The notes under the pieces are model-generated. The model searched no databases, was not told the DNA's origin, and saw nothing but the letters and a program-made list of their open reading frames with translations. From an uncultured OCS116 cluster bacterium (GTDB taxonomy: Bacteria; Pseudomonadota; Alphaproteobacteria; Rhizobiales; TMED25), in the NCBI GenBank assembly GCA_902613795.1, contig CACMIP010000005.1:74129-138128 (forward strand): a DNA stretch of 64,000 nucleotides, written 5' to 3'. A program made the position numbers and the translations under genes. Below are positions 19,365 through 29,801 of this stretch, piece after piece (position 1 is the stretch's first letter; each line of letters starts with the position of its first letter).

Positions 19365-20168
19365 ATGATACACCCCTCGGCTATAATCGAAGATGGTGCC
19401 ATTATAGGTAATAATGCTTCCATCGGAGCATTTTCTTATATCGGAAGTAATGTTATTTTGGGTAATAATATTAACATCTATCCACACGTTGTCATTGATG
19501 GACATACAAAGATTCAAGACAACGCAAGTATATATCCCAATGCAACAATCGGAATGTCCCCACAAGACTATAAGTACAAAGACGAGATAACATATATTGA
19601 GATCGGTAAAAATTGCGTAATTCGAGAGCATGTCACAATACATTTAGGGACAAAGTCTGGTAACTCTCTGACAAAAATTGGTGATAATTGCTTTCTTATG
19701 GTTGGTTCGCATGTGGCGCACGACTGCTTAATTGGAAATAATGTAATACTCATTAATCAAGCTGCTCTCGCTGGACACGTCATTGTTGACGATTTTGCTA
19801 TTGTAGGTGGTTTATCAGGTGTAAAACAGCATGTAAGGATTGGTAAGCATGCATATATTGCTGCGCAAACTGCGGTTGAAATGGATATATTACCATATGG
19901 AGTTGTAAAGGGCGTACGAAGGTGCTACCTAACAGGGGTAAATATTAAGGGTCTGAGGCAAAGAGGATTTTCAAAAGAAGAAATTCATCTAATTCGAGAT
20001 ATTTATTTGGAAATATTTGATGGACCATCCATTGAAATTCCAAAAAGAGCACAATCTCTTCATAAAAAATATGCTGATAATGAGGAAATAAGTATTTTAC
20101 TCAAATTTATACTAGATCATCCGGAAAGGCATTTATGTCTTCCAACTGAAGAGAGTATTATTAAGTAA
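19365..20168 (+). CDS. lpxA: UDP-N-acetylglucosamine O-acyltransferase
   Basis: 267 aa with the IHPSAIIEDGA N-terminus and hexapeptide repeats. It starts 1 nt after the fabZ stop. Confidence 0.93.
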   Translation: MIHPSAIIEDGAIIGNNASIGAFSYIGSNVILGNNINIYPHVVIDGHTKIQDNASIYPNATIGMSPQDYKYKDEITYIEIGKNCVIREHVTIHLGTKSGNSLTKIGDNCFLMVGSHVAHDCLIGNNVILINQAALAGHVIVDDFAIVGGLSGVKQHVRIGKHAYIAAQTAVEMDILPYGVVKGVRRCYLTGVNIKGLRQRGFSKEEIHLIRDIYLEIFDGPSIEIPKRAQSLHKKYADNEEISILLKFILDHPERHLCLPTEESIIK

Positions 20169-20185
20169 TTTAAATAGCTATCGAG

Positions 20186-21019
20186 ATGAGCGAAAATCAA
20201 TTAGCTATAATAGCTGGAGGAGGTAGTCTTTCAGATGTTATTATAGAGACCGCAAGAAAAAAGGGGTGGAATGTAACTGTATTTGCAATTGGAGACTTAA
20301 ATATTACAAAAAATCAAAATATTAGCCTTATTGAAATGAACAGGCTGGATATTGGTAGGATTTTCCAAACATTAAAAAGTCGAAAGATTAAAAATATTTG
20401 TATGGTTGGATACATTCCCAGACCAAATAGTCTCAAAGACTACTTAAACCTTCGATATCTAAATGTTCAGACATTAAGTGTCTTATTTAAATCTATCGGC
20501 ATATTGCGCGGTGGTGATGCATCATTATTTAAGAAAATAAATTCATTACTTGAGAAGAGGGGATACAAAATTATCGGTGCATCAGAAATTGCACCAAATC
20601 TAACATTGAAAAGGGGGCTATATTCCTCCAAGAGCGTGTCAAAAGTAGAATTTGAAAATATAAAAAAAGCTAAACAATGCGCAGAAATGACTGGCTACCT
20701 GGACATTGGACAGGCCGTTATTGTAAAGAATGGTAGAGTCCTCGCAATTGAGGCTGCTGAAGGGACTGATGTAATGCTTGAAAGGGTTACATGTTTGGGG
20801 AGAATAAGCACAAAGAGAGGTGGTGTTATTCTAAAGTCAGCTCAGATAAATCAAGATGAGAGAGTTGATATGCCAACCATTGGGCCGAACACAATCAAGA
20901 ATATAGTAAAGGCAAATTTATCGGGTATAGCAATAACAGCTGATAATGTAATTGTGCTTGATTTTCAGAAGGTTATAGAAATGATTGAAGACAATAATTT
21001 ATACTTTATAGTGATCTGA
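20186..21019 (+). CDS. lpxI: UDP-2,3-diacylglucosamine diphosphatase LpxI (DUF1009)
   Basis: 277 aa. The size and its position between lpxA and lpxB match the LpxI arrangement of Alphaproteobacteria. It has the AIIAGGG N-terminus. Confidence 0.8.
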   Translation: MSENQLAIIAGGGSLSDVIIETARKKGWNVTVFAIGDLNITKNQNISLIEMNRLDIGRIFQTLKSRKIKNICMVGYIPRPNSLKDYLNLRYLNVQTLSVLFKSIGILRGGDASLFKKINSLLEKRGYKIIGASEIAPNLTLKRGLYSSKSVSKVEFENIKKAKQCAEMTGYLDIGQAVIVKNGRVLAIEAAEGTDVMLERVTCLGRISTKRGGVILKSAQINQDERVDMPTIGPNTIKNIVKANLSGIAITADNVIVLDFQKVIEMIEDNNLYFIVI

Positions 21020-21033
21020 TTAATAATATAGTT

Positions 21034-22185
21034 ATGAAATCAGAAAAAAGAAAAATTGCAATTATCGCGGGTGAGGTGTCTGGTGATAAAATCGGATCTG
21101 ATCTGATCAGCGAAATAGCGTTAGTATATGATATTGATTTGTATGGTGTGGGCGGAGAAGAGCTTTCAAGGCATGGATTAAGGTCACTCTTTCCATATGA
21201 AGAATTATCCATAATTGGTATTTGGGACATAATTAAGAATATTTTCACTCTTAGAAAAAGAGTCAATTCGACTGTAAAATCGATTGTAGCTTATAAACCA
21301 GAGTTATTAATTATAATTGATAGCCCTGAGTTCACTCACAGGGTCGCCAAAAAAGTAAAAAAAGTAATGCCAAATCTTACTGTAATAAATTATGTGTCGC
21401 CCACAATTTGGTTTTGGCGGCAAGGTAGAGGAAAGGAGATGAGTGAATATATAACACATGTTTTGTCTATTTATCCATTTGAGCCTGCTCTATACAAAAA
21501 GTTAAATGGCCCACCATGCACATATGTTGGTAACCCGCTATTTGAGAATATTCTGAATAATAAATTGAATAGAAAAGAAATAGAAAATAAAAACAAAACA
21601 ATAGTTTTTATGCCGGGAAGTAGAAAAAGTGAAATTGAGAAACTTTTACCTCCTTGTGTCACGGCGTTTAGAGAAATAAAAAAGTTAGGTTATGAATTTA
21701 ATATAGAAATACCAACATTTGATCACTTTGCAGACTATATCAAAGAAAAGTTTGTTAATACTGGCATTAATTATTCAATATATTCAAGTGATAGCAAGAA
21801 AATAAATAGCTTCTGGCATTCAGACTTTGCAATTACAGCATCTGGTAGCGCAACTCTTGAGTTGGCAGCTTGTAGGTTACCAATGATAGTTATTTATAAA
21901 TTAACTATAGTTAACTCTATTTTTGCGAGCGCGATCTTAAAAATAAATAATTTAAAGAATGTCTCATTTTCACTTCCAAATTTAATAAGTCAAAAAAAAA
22001 TAATACCTGAATTACTGCAATCTGACTGCAACTCAAAAAAAATTACCGCTGAGCTGTTAAAAATGTTTAACGATAGTAATATGATTAATGATCAGTTATC
22101 GGTCTTTGACAATATACATGAGATTATGAGAGTAAAAGTGAGGCCAGAAAAGGCTGCTGCAGATATTATTAGAGGATATCTGTAG
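21034..22185 (+). CDS. lpxB: Lipid-A-disaccharide synthase
   Basis: 383 aa with a GT19-type N-terminus (KIAIIAGEVSGD). It is the last gene of the lpx run. Confidence 0.9.
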   Translation: MKSEKRKIAIIAGEVSGDKIGSDLISEIALVYDIDLYGVGGEELSRHGLRSLFPYEELSIIGIWDIIKNIFTLRKRVNSTVKSIVAYKPELLIIIDSPEFTHRVAKKVKKVMPNLTVINYVSPTIWFWRQGRGKEMSEYITHVLSIYPFEPALYKKLNGPPCTYVGNPLFENILNNKLNRKEIENKNKTIVFMPGSRKSEIEKLLPPCVTAFREIKKLGYEFNIEIPTFDHFADYIKEKFVNTGINYSIYSSDSKKINSFWHSDFAITASGSATLELAACRLPMIVIYKLTIVNSIFASAILKINNLKNVSFSLPNLISQKKIIPELLQSDCNSKKITAELLKMFNDSNMINDQLSVFDNIHEIMRVKVRPEKAAADIIRGYL

Positions 22186-22189
22186 GATA

Positions 22190-23494
22190 TTACCTATCTT
22201 CAATCTTTATGAATTCTTTTGATGCGTTCCCCATATACAATTGTCTCGGTCTACCAATTCTTTGTTCAGAGTCTTCGATCATTTCATTCCATTGTGAAAT
22301 CCAACCGACTGTTCTTGCAAGCGCAAATAATACAGTAAACATATCTTTTGGAAATCCAAGGGCACGTAATATAATTCCAGAGTAAAAATCTACATTTGGG
22401 TATAGCTTCTTTTCAACAAAATATGAATCTTCTAGGGCAATTTTTTCAAGTTCCATTGCAACTTTCAGTAAAGGGTCATCTTTTAGCCCAAGGGCGTCTA
22501 AAACCTCATGACATGTTTTTTGCATGATCTTAGCTCGCGGGTCATAGCTTTTATAAACTCTGTGTCCAAAACCCATCAGTCTAAAAGGGTCACTGGAGTC
22601 TTTAGCTTTTTTGATAAACTTCGCAATATTATCAGGTGTTTGAATTTCATCAAGCATGTTCAAAGCAGCCTCATTTGCTCCTCCATGCGCTGGTCCCCAT
22701 AAAGATGCAACCCCGGCGGCGATACAAGCAAATGGATTGGCGCCTGAGGAGCCCGCAAGCCTGACTGTTGATGTTGATGCATTTTGTTCATGATCTGCAT
22801 GCAGAATGAATACTTTATCTAATGCACTGGACAAAATCTCGTTGACTTTATACTCTTCTGGCGGAACTGAGAAGCACATATGCATAAAATTACCGGCATA
22901 GTCTAGGTCATTTCTTGGGTAAACAAATGGTTGACCCAGTGTATATTTATAGGCCATTGCGGCGATTGTTGGCATCTTTGCAATTAATCTGCGGGTCGCC
23001 ACCATCCTTTGATGGGCGTCACTGATGTCAGTGGAGTCATGATAGAAGGCAGATAATGCACCAATTACCCCACATGTGATAGCCATTGGGTGAGCATCCC
23101 GCCTAAACCCTTGGTAAAACCTTGTCATTTGCTCGTGAAGCATTGAATGATAAGTGACGGCATTATCAAACTCTTCCTTCTCTTTTTTATTAGGGAGCTC
23201 TCCATTTAGAAGAAGATATGATACCTCAAGAAAATCTGTGTTTTCTACAAGTTCGTCAATTTTATATCCGCGATATAAAAGTATACCATTTTCACCATCT
23301 ACATAGGTTATTGTAGAAGAGCAATTTGCAGTTGAAGTAAACCCAGGATCGTATGTGAAAACATTTGCTTGTGCATATAATTTTGAGATGTCTATTACTT
23401 CTGGTCCGATAGATGGTTTGTATATTGGTAGATCATACTTTGTACCATTTATCTCAATTTGAGCGGTACCAGTTTCATTTTTTTTTACTGCCAT
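22190..23494 (-). CDS. gltA: Citrate synthase (type II)
   Basis: 434 aa with the motifs [18 protein letters not shown] and DFYSG. Confidence 0.95.
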   Translation of the reverse strand: MAVKKNETGTAQIEINGTKYDLPIYKPSIGPEVIDISKLYAQANVFTYDPGFTSTANCSSTITYVDGENGILLYRGYKIDELVENTDFLEVSYLLLNGELPNKKEKEEFDNAVTYHSMLHEQMTRFYQGFRRDAHPMAITCGVIGALSAFYHDSTDISDAHQRMVATRRLIAKMPTIAAMAYKYTLGQPFVYPRNDLDYAGNFMHMCFSVPPEEYKVNEILSSALDKVFILHADHEQNASTSTVRLAGSSGANPFACIAAGVASLWGPAHGGANEAALNMLDEIQTPDNIAKFIKKAKDSSDPFRLMGFGHRVYKSYDPRAKIMQKTCHEVLDALGLKDDPLLKVAMELEKIALEDSYFVEKKLYPNVDFYSGIILRALGFPKDMFTVLFALARTVGWISQWNEMIEDSEQRIGRPRQLYMGNASKEFIKIEDR

Positions 23495-23564
23495 AATAAC
23501 TTTCTTTTAACTCTACGGTACACTGTGTTTATATATATAAAAACTAATATTTTCAAATAAAAAA

Positions 23565-24962
23565 TTATTTATACAGATGCTGCGATATACGTGTAAGCGT
23601 ATCTTCTTTTCCAAGCGCATAGATAAGTTCATAAATACCAGTTGGGACGATACGCCCTGTAAGAGCTACACGCAGAGGCTTAGCAATATCAATTAATTTG
23701 ATATTTTGATCGTTTGTAAATTTTTCAAATAAGTGTGTTATTTCTTGAATACTCCAATCTTTAACAGAGCTTAAATCCCGATGAAAATATTCTAATAATT
23801 TAATTTTCTCCGAATTGAGAACCTCCATCATATCACTATCTATAATTGGGGGGTACTCCATTAGCAAATATTCAATAAGTTCAATTAATTCATTTAACGT
23901 TTTTGATTTAGTTTTTACGTGTTCCAATATGAGTTTAATTTTCTCTTGATTCTCGATTGGTATTCCAACTCCTTTCGATTGAGATATTAACTCAATTATT
24001 GTATCTTCGCTTTCTGCGTTGAGGTAATAAGAATTTATACTCAATAGCTTTTTATTATCTAGTCGTGCTGGGGATTTGTGAATATTTTTGACGTCAAAAT
24101 ATTTGATCATTTCATCTTCTGAAAAGTATTCTTTGTCGCCATAACTCCAGCCTAATCGTAGGAGGTAGTTCAATATTGCCTTTGATAAGAAGCCTTCAGA
24201 TTTGTAGTCTGAAATCGAAAGTGCCCCATCTCTTTTTGATAATTTGGTACCATCAGACGAATGAATTAGTGGAATATGAGTATATTCTGGTATTTTCCAA
24301 CTCATTGCTTTAAAAATGTGGTGTTGCCTTGCAGCGTTATTTAAGTGGTCGTCCCCTCTTATAATATGTGTAATCCCCATGTCATGGTCATCCACAGCAG
24401 AGGCCAGGAGATAAGTTGGACTTTCATCGCTTCGTAAAATTATAAAATCATCTAAATCCTCATTCTCGAAATGAACTGCGCCTTGCACGATGTCATTAAT
24501 TTCCGTTTTTCCACCCTGTGGTGTTTTTATTCTAATAACTGGCTTTATGTTTTTATCTTGCTCGCTTGGCTCTCGGTCACGCCATTTATTATTATAAAAT
24601 GAGGATTTTTTTTTCTTTATAGCCTCTTCCCTCATTTTTATCAATTCTTCCTCAGTACAGTAGCATTTGTAGGCTTTTCCCTCCTTTAGAAGCTGAAAGG
24701 CAATCTCTCGATGTCTGTGGATGTTATCACTCTGGTATGCAATCTCGTCATCCCAGTTGAGCCCAAGCCATTTTATGCCTTCCAGGATATTTTGAAGTGC
24801 TGCGTCAGTGGATCTTTTGAGATCTGTATCTTCAATACGTAAAATTAGTTTACCGTTATATTTTTTTGCGAACAACCAATTGTAAAGTAGAGTCCGGCAG
24901 CCTCCGATATGCAAATTACCTGTCGGCGAAGGTGCGAACCTTGTAATAACCATTTCCTTCAT
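23565..24962 (-). CDS. gltX: Glutamyl-tRNA synthetase
   Basis: It has the class I motifs PSPTGNLHIGG and KLSKR. The start is placed at ATG 24962 (MKEMVITRFAPSPTG). The ORF-track start 25025 adds 21 non-conserved residues and overlaps lexA by 34 nt. Confidence 0.92.
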   Translation of the reverse strand: MKEMVITRFAPSPTGNLHIGGCRTLLYNWLFAKKYNGKLILRIEDTDLKRSTDAALQNILEGIKWLGLNWDDEIAYQSDNIHRHREIAFQLLKEGKAYKCYCTEEELIKMREEAIKKKKSSFYNNKWRDREPSEQDKNIKPVIRIKTPQGGKTEINDIVQGAVHFENEDLDDFIILRSDESPTYLLASAVDDHDMGITHIIRGDDHLNNAARQHHIFKAMSWKIPEYTHIPLIHSSDGTKLSKRDGALSISDYKSEGFLSKAILNYLLRLGWSYGDKEYFSEDEMIKYFDVKNIHKSPARLDNKKLLSINSYYLNAESEDTIIELISQSKGVGIPIENQEKIKLILEHVKTKSKTLNELIELIEYLLMEYPPIIDSDMMEVLNSEKIKLLEYFHRDLSSVKDWSIQEITHLFEKFTNDQNIKLIDIAKPLRVALTGRIVPTGIYELIYALGKEDTLTRISQHLYK

Positions 24963-24991
24963 AGTCCTTATTCCACTTGGGCTGATTGGTT

Positions 24992-25663
24992 TCAGTGATA
25001 GTTTCGGATAAGATTTACAAGGCAACCCTGTATTTTAATTCTATCTGATGAGTATATTTTTGTTTCGTAGCTTTTATTGGATGGCTCAAGTGCAATGCTA
25101 TCGCCTTTTTTTCTAAATCTTTTAAGGGTCGCCTCTTCTCCATCAACTAGCGCAACAATAATGTCACCATTTTGAGCGGTTTGGCATTTTTTTACAATCA
25201 CTGTATCGCCGTCAAATATTCCTGATTCAATCATTGAATCACCCCTTATCTTGAGCGCATAGTGCTCATGATTGCCAAGCATACCCTTGGGTAGATGAAT
25301 ATTATCAATTTTTTCTTGGATCGCTGAAATAGGTGAGCCAGCTGCAATATTACCCATAATCGGTATCTCTACGAAAGTATCATTCATTGTTTCATGTTTA
25401 TCCAATGGCATTGTTGATTTATTATAATTAATATTGCTTTCAATATTATCAAATGGATGTTTTAGTATCTCTAGTGCTCTTGCTCTATTTGGAAGCCGTC
25501 TGATGTAACCTCGCTCTTCGAGCGCATTAATCAGTCTATGAATACCTGATTTCGAATGTAGATTAACGGCAACCTTCATTTCGTCATAAGAGGGGGAGAT
25601 ACCATTTTCCGTGATTCGCTGGTGAATGTATTTTAGTAATTCAAATTGTTTCTCAGTAAGCAT
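24992..25663 (-). CDS. lexA: SOS repressor LexA
   Basis: 223 aa with an N-terminal winged-helix region ([12 protein letters not shown]...GYIRR), an Ala-Gly cleavage region (NIAAGSP), and the S24 peptidase Ser/Lys dyad (RGDSM, LKRF). GGAG lies 6 nt upstream of the ATG. Confidence 0.93.
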   Translation of the reverse strand: MLTEKQFELLKYIHQRITENGISPSYDEMKVAVNLHSKSGIHRLINALEERGYIRRLPNRARALEILKHPFDNIESNINYNKSTMPLDKHETMNDTFVEIPIMGNIAAGSPISAIQEKIDNIHLPKGMLGNHEHYALKIRGDSMIESGIFDGDTVIVKKCQTAQNGDIIVALVDGEEATLKRFRKKGDSIALEPSNKSYETKIYSSDRIKIQGCLVNLIRNYH

Positions 25664-25693
25664 TATTTACTCCAATCGATTTGCACAAAACAA

Positions 25694-25727
25694 GAACATT
25701 TATACATGTTCTTTTTATGTTCTACAA
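25694..25727 (-). promoter_or_regulatory. lexA promoter with autoregulatory LexA operator
   Basis: On the lexA-sense strand the promoter reads TTGTAG (25727-25722), a 17-nt spacer, then TATAAA (25704-25699). The spacer carries GAACATAAAAAGAAC, seen as GTTC-N7-GTTC on + at 25708-25722. A third tetramer GAAC on + at 25694-25697 forms GAAC-N10-GTTC. Confidence 0.7.
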
Positions 25728-25750
25728 GAGGAAAGTTAATAATTCTATAA

Positions 25751-26938
25751 CTAAAAGTCAATTTTCAGGATTTGTACTATCTCACCGTTTTTTTTCGAGG
25801 GTGCATTTGGCTCCCTAATTATAAATACATTTGATGAGTTCAAGACGCTCAATGATGAGGAGTCTTGTACCTTAAGTGGCGTGACAAATCCATCTTTATA
25901 AAAACCTCTGATAAAATCTTGCCTTTCATCATTCTCTTTCAAGCTAGTTTTTAGCTTTGCTTCTGATATATATAAATTTTCATCTTCAAAATTCATGAAT
26001 TTATTTATCATGGGTTTCAAGAAAAGCTGACAGCAAACGTGAGCTGATACTGGGTTACCGGGTAGACCTAAGAAATGCGCCTCCCCCAAACGGCCATATA
26101 TTAGGGGTTTACCTGGCCTCATTGCAATTTTCCAAAATTTGAGCTCCAATTCCCTATGTATACTCTCTTTAACCAGGTCAAAATCGCCAACACTTGCCCC
26201 ACCAATTGTCACAATGATATCATGACTAGCAGCTTTTTTAATTTTTTCTCGCAGAGATTTTACATTATCCTTGGCAATTCCAAGATCTGTTACATTCGCA
26301 CCTAGCTGTTCCAAATAGGCTTTTATACCGTAATTATTTGCACTGATTATTTTATTTTGAGCATCTTTTGAACCAGGTTCAACAAGTTCATCACCGTTAG
26401 ATATGATCGCTATTTTTGGTTTACGGTACACCACTAGTGTTGTGTGGTTCATAGAGGCAGCTAGAGACATGTGCTTGGGGGTTAATTTTGTTCCTTTTCT
26501 TATTAAAATATCATCGGTTTTGAAATCAAAACCCTTCTTTCTGATATTTTCATTTTTTTGTGGTATTTTTTTTAAAATAACATCACTTGCATTTGTTTCT
26601 GTATTTTCTTGAATTATTACAGTATCTGTCCCAGATGGCATTACACTCCCAGTGTACACCTTGACAGCCTCTTCTTTTTTCACCTTTCTTGCGAAAATTG
26701 TACCCGCTGGACTCTTACCAATGACAGACAACTTATGATTTTCATTAATATGTGGACCATGCTTAAATGCATAACCATCCATGGCTGATAAATCAAATGG
26801 AGGTGACTCTCTGCGGGCCGATAAATTTTCAGCGATAACATAGCCGCTCGCCGTCCCAAGAGGAATAGCTATCGTACCCATCAGATTAATCTCTTTAAGG
26901 CACCTGTCGATTGCATTTTCAAGTTTTAGCAAGTTCAT
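25751..26938 (-). CDS. moeA: Molybdopterin molybdotransferase MoeA
   Basis: 395 aa of the MoeA/gephyrin-E type (SAMDGYA, TIGGASVGDFD). Confidence 0.88.
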   Translation of the reverse strand: MNLLKLENAIDRCLKEINLMGTIAIPLGTASGYVIAENLSARRESPPFDLSAMDGYAFKHGPHINENHKLSVIGKSPAGTIFARKVKKEEAVKVYTGSVMPSGTDTVIIQENTETNASDVILKKIPQKNENIRKKGFDFKTDDILIRKGTKLTPKHMSLAASMNHTTLVVYRKPKIAIISNGDELVEPGSKDAQNKIISANNYGIKAYLEQLGANVTDLGIAKDNVKSLREKIKKAASHDIIVTIGGASVGDFDLVKESIHRELELKFWKIAMRPGKPLIYGRLGEAHFLGLPGNPVSAHVCCQLFLKPMINKFMNFEDENLYISEAKLKTSLKENDERQDFIRGFYKDGFVTPLKVQDSSSLSVLNSSNVFIIREPNAPSKKNGEIVQILKIDF

Positions 26939-27420
26939 CTTCTATTGTATATTCCAGATTTACCGCCAGATTTAAAATCTAACTTAATGTCTGTTATTGA
27001 CGCTTTTTTATCGCGTGATTTTATCATGTCATAGATAGTAAGGCAGGCGACAGAGCATGCCACCAAAGCTTCCATTTCAACACCTGTCTTTTGCGTTGTT
27101 TGGCTCTCACAGATCACATTAATGGAACTCATTTTGCTATCAACACTTATGTCAACCTTAATAAAATCTATATTTATATTATGGCAAAGCGGTATGAGCT
27201 CATGAGTTTTTTTTGATGCCATTATACCAGCAATCCGGGCGGTAGAAAATATATCGCCTTTTTCTATATTATCGTTTTTGATCAGCTCTAGGGTTTTTTT
27301 TGAGACATTCACGCTACCGGATGCAATTGCAACTCTCTTACTGGTTTTTTTATCAGATATATCAACCATATTTGCTTCACCAGAATTATTTATATGAGTA
27401 AAATTTTTCATCTTAATCAA
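26935..27420 (-). CDS. moaC: Cyclic pyranopterin monophosphate synthase MoaC
   Basis: 161 aa with the motifs MVDISDK.TS.R.A and LIPLCH. It overlaps moeA by 4 nt and trpC by 8 nt. Confidence 0.92.
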   Translation of the reverse strand: MIKMKNFTHINNSGEANMVDISDKKTSKRVAIASGSVNVSKKTLELIKNDNIEKGDIFSTARIAGIMASKKTHELIPLCHNINIDFIKVDISVDSKMSSINVICESQTTQKTGVEMEALVACSVACLTIYDMIKSRDKKASITDIKLDFKSGGKSGIYNRR

Positions 27421-28204
27421 GGAGGTCCTGAATTGCCTTTGTCATATTATCTGATTTAATTATACTTTCACCAACTAGAAAGGCGTTCACATTTTTCTCT
27501 CGTAACATTTTGATTTGGATATTGTTGTAAATTCCACTTTCTGAAATTATAATTAGGTCATCACGAAATTTTGATGCTAAATTAACGGTGGTACCGATAT
27601 CTGTTTCAAAAGTATGTAAATTTCTATTATTTATACCGATGAGTTTGGCATTCATGCTCAGTGCTCTCTCAAACTCATTTTCATTGTGCACTTCAAATAT
27701 GCTATCTAATTCAATTTCTTGAGCAGTTTGATAGAGTTCGCGTGCCTGCGAGTCACTTAACATAGATAATATTATTAATATACAGTCCCCGCCAAGGTAT
27801 TTTGTTTCAAAAACTTGATATGGGTCAATGAAAAAGTCTTTTCTCAGTAGAGGTAGGGGTGAGCTGTTACGAGCAATATCGAGATCCTCCTTTGAACCCA
27901 TAAAAGAGGGTGTATCAGTTAGCACGGAAATACATGTGGCCCCTGCTGCTGAATATTCCTTTGCTATCTCTGATACATCAAATATTTCTTTTAGTATTCC
28001 TTTTGATGGGCTAGCTTTTTTTATTTCACACACTAAAGATATTTTACCAGCGAGAGTATTATCTCTGATTGACCCTAAAAATGATCTTGGTGTACCTGAG
28101 TCTCTGCTAACGTTGTTTATCAATTCATTCAGCGAGAGTGATTTGTAGCTATCGTTAACTTCAATTTTTTTGTATTCGTATATTTTATCTAGTATTGAAT
28201 TCAT
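27413..28204 (-). CDS. trpC: Indole-3-glycerol-phosphate synthase
   Basis: 263 aa with the motifs EIKKASPSKG, LRKDFFIDPYQ and GINNRNL. Confidence 0.92.
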   Translation of the reverse strand: MNSILDKIYEYKKIEVNDSYKSLSLNELINNVSRDSGTPRSFLGSIRDNTLAGKISLVCEIKKASPSKGILKEIFDVSEIAKEYSAAGATCISVLTDTPSFMGSKEDLDIARNSSPLPLLRKDFFIDPYQVFETKYLGGDCILIILSMLSDSQARELYQTAQEIELDSIFEVHNENEFERALSMNAKLIGINNRNLHTFETDIGTTVNLASKFRDDLIIISESGIYNNIQIKMLREKNVNAFLVGESIIKSDNMTKAIQDLLD

Positions 28205-29223
28205 CAGTCCAATCTATTTGACACACTAATTAAATGCTCAAGAGTTTGAAGTGCCTTACCACTATCTAGTGACTCTTTTGATATTGCAATTGCCTCTTCG
28301 ATATTTCTGGAATAGCCACACATAACTAATGCTGCCGCAGAATTTAAGGATACAATTTCGCGATAAGGATTTTTTTCACCTTTGAAAATTTTAATCAATT
28401 CTTTTGCGTTGTGACTCACATCTCCCCCAACGATCTCTGATATTTTTGCAGGCCTAATATTAGTGTCCTTAACTTCAAAAACTTCTTCCGAAATATGTCC
28501 GCTATCTAATTTATGGATAAATGTTTTATCTGATATTGATACTTCGTCAAGACCGTCATTACTGTGGACTAGCCAAGCTGCCTCAGAGCCAAGGTTTTTC
28601 AGCACTTCAGTCATTGGACGCAAGAGAGCAAGATCATAAGCACCAATGAGGTGTTTTTTCACATTCGCTGGGTTACACATTGGACCAAGTATATTAAAAA
28701 TAGTTCGTGCTTTGAGTTCTGCCCGAACTTTTGCGACATGTTTAAAACTACCATGAAATAGTGGAGCAAATAAAAAGCAAATATTTGTATCGTTTATGCA
28801 TTCCACGCAAGAGTCTGGTTTTATATCAATATTTACGCCAAGTTCTGTTAATATATCCGATGATCCTGATAGAGATGATACTGATCTGTTGCCATGCTTT
28901 GCCACTTTAATATTATTTGATGCGACGACAAGTGCGGATGCTGTTGAGATATTTAATGTTTTGTAACCATCACCACCGGTCCCAACAATATCTATTGCAC
29001 CATCGGGAACTATTATAGTAATCATTTTTTCTCTAATGGCACGCACAGCCCCTATGATTTCATCTATTGACTCACCCTTATTTTTAAGACCAATAAGAAA
29101 GTTAGAAATATCACCATCAACGCAATCACCAGACATTATACTCATAAATGCATTGTAGCTTTCCAAAACCGAAAGGCTCTGTTTATTGTTTATCTTTTCA
29201 ATATAATCAGTGATTTCTGACAT
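28204..29223 (-). CDS. trpD: Anthranilate phosphoribosyltransferase
   Basis: 339 aa with the motifs GTGGDG, KHGNRSVSS and NILGPMCNP. Confidence 0.92.
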   Translation of the reverse strand: MSEITDYIEKINNKQSLSVLESYNAFMSIMSGDCVDGDISNFLIGLKNKGESIDEIIGAVRAIREKMITIIVPDGAIDIVGTGGDGYKTLNISTASALVVASNNIKVAKHGNRSVSSLSGSSDILTELGVNIDIKPDSCVECINDTNICFLFAPLFHGSFKHVAKVRAELKARTIFNILGPMCNPANVKKHLIGAYDLALLRPMTEVLKNLGSEAAWLVHSNDGLDEVSISDKTFIHKLDSGHISEEVFEVKDTNIRPAKISEIVGGDVSHNAKELIKIFKGEKNPYREIVSLNSAAALVMCGYSRNIEEAIAISKESLDSGKALQTLEHLISVSNRLD

Positions 29224-29237
29224 TAAATTAATTCTAT

Positions 29238-29801
29238 CTATAGGATTATAAAGTTTCTTAATATATCAATTCCATGCTCTGTTGCAATACTTTCAGGATG
29301 AAACTGTATACCAAAAGTAGGATATTCCTTGTGTGATACAGCCATAATATAGTTATCGTTAGCTGAACGAGCGGTAATAGATAATTCGGGGCTTAATTCT
29401 TTTTCATTAATAATGAGAGAATGATATCTGGTGGCAGAGAATTTCTCTGGAATATCCTTAAAAATTGGACACTCAGTATGTGTAATTATTGCTGTTTTGC
29501 CATGCATTAAGTGATCAGCTTTAATAATTTCCGATCCAAAGGCTTGTCCGATCGATTGGTGACCCAAACAAATTCCTAAAATTGGTAATTTCTTTGAAAA
29601 AGATTTCACAACATCAACAGAAATTCCTGCTTGACTGGGTGTGCATGGTCCAGGGGATATTATTATGTGACTTGTATTACTCGGTATCTCATCAATGGAT
29701 ATTTGATCGTTACGAACTACAGACGACTGCACGCCTAGGCTGCCAATATATTGCACAATGTTAAATGTAAAGCTATCATAATTATCAATAATTAATATCA
29801 T
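29238..29801 (-). CDS. trpG: Anthranilate synthase component II (glutamine amidotransferase)
   Basis: 187 aa with the class I GATase motifs GICLGHQ and QFHPES. It overlaps trpE by 4 nt. Confidence 0.9.
   Translation of the reverse strand: MILIIDNYDSFTFNIVQYIGSLGVQSSVVRNDQISIDEIPSNTSHIIISPGPCTPSQAGISVDVVKSFSKKLPILGICLGHQSIGQAFGSEIIKADHLMHGKTAIITHTECPIFKDIPEKFSATRYHSLIINEKELSPELSITARSANDNYIMAVSHKEYPTFGIQFHPESIATEHGIDILRNFIIL

Noticed and set aside
24963-25025. Long N-terminal extension of gltX overlapping lexA
   Set aside because: The 21 extra residues are not GluRS-like, and the extension would overlap the lexA 3' end by 34 nt. The internal ATG 24962 gives the canonical distance to the HIGG motif.
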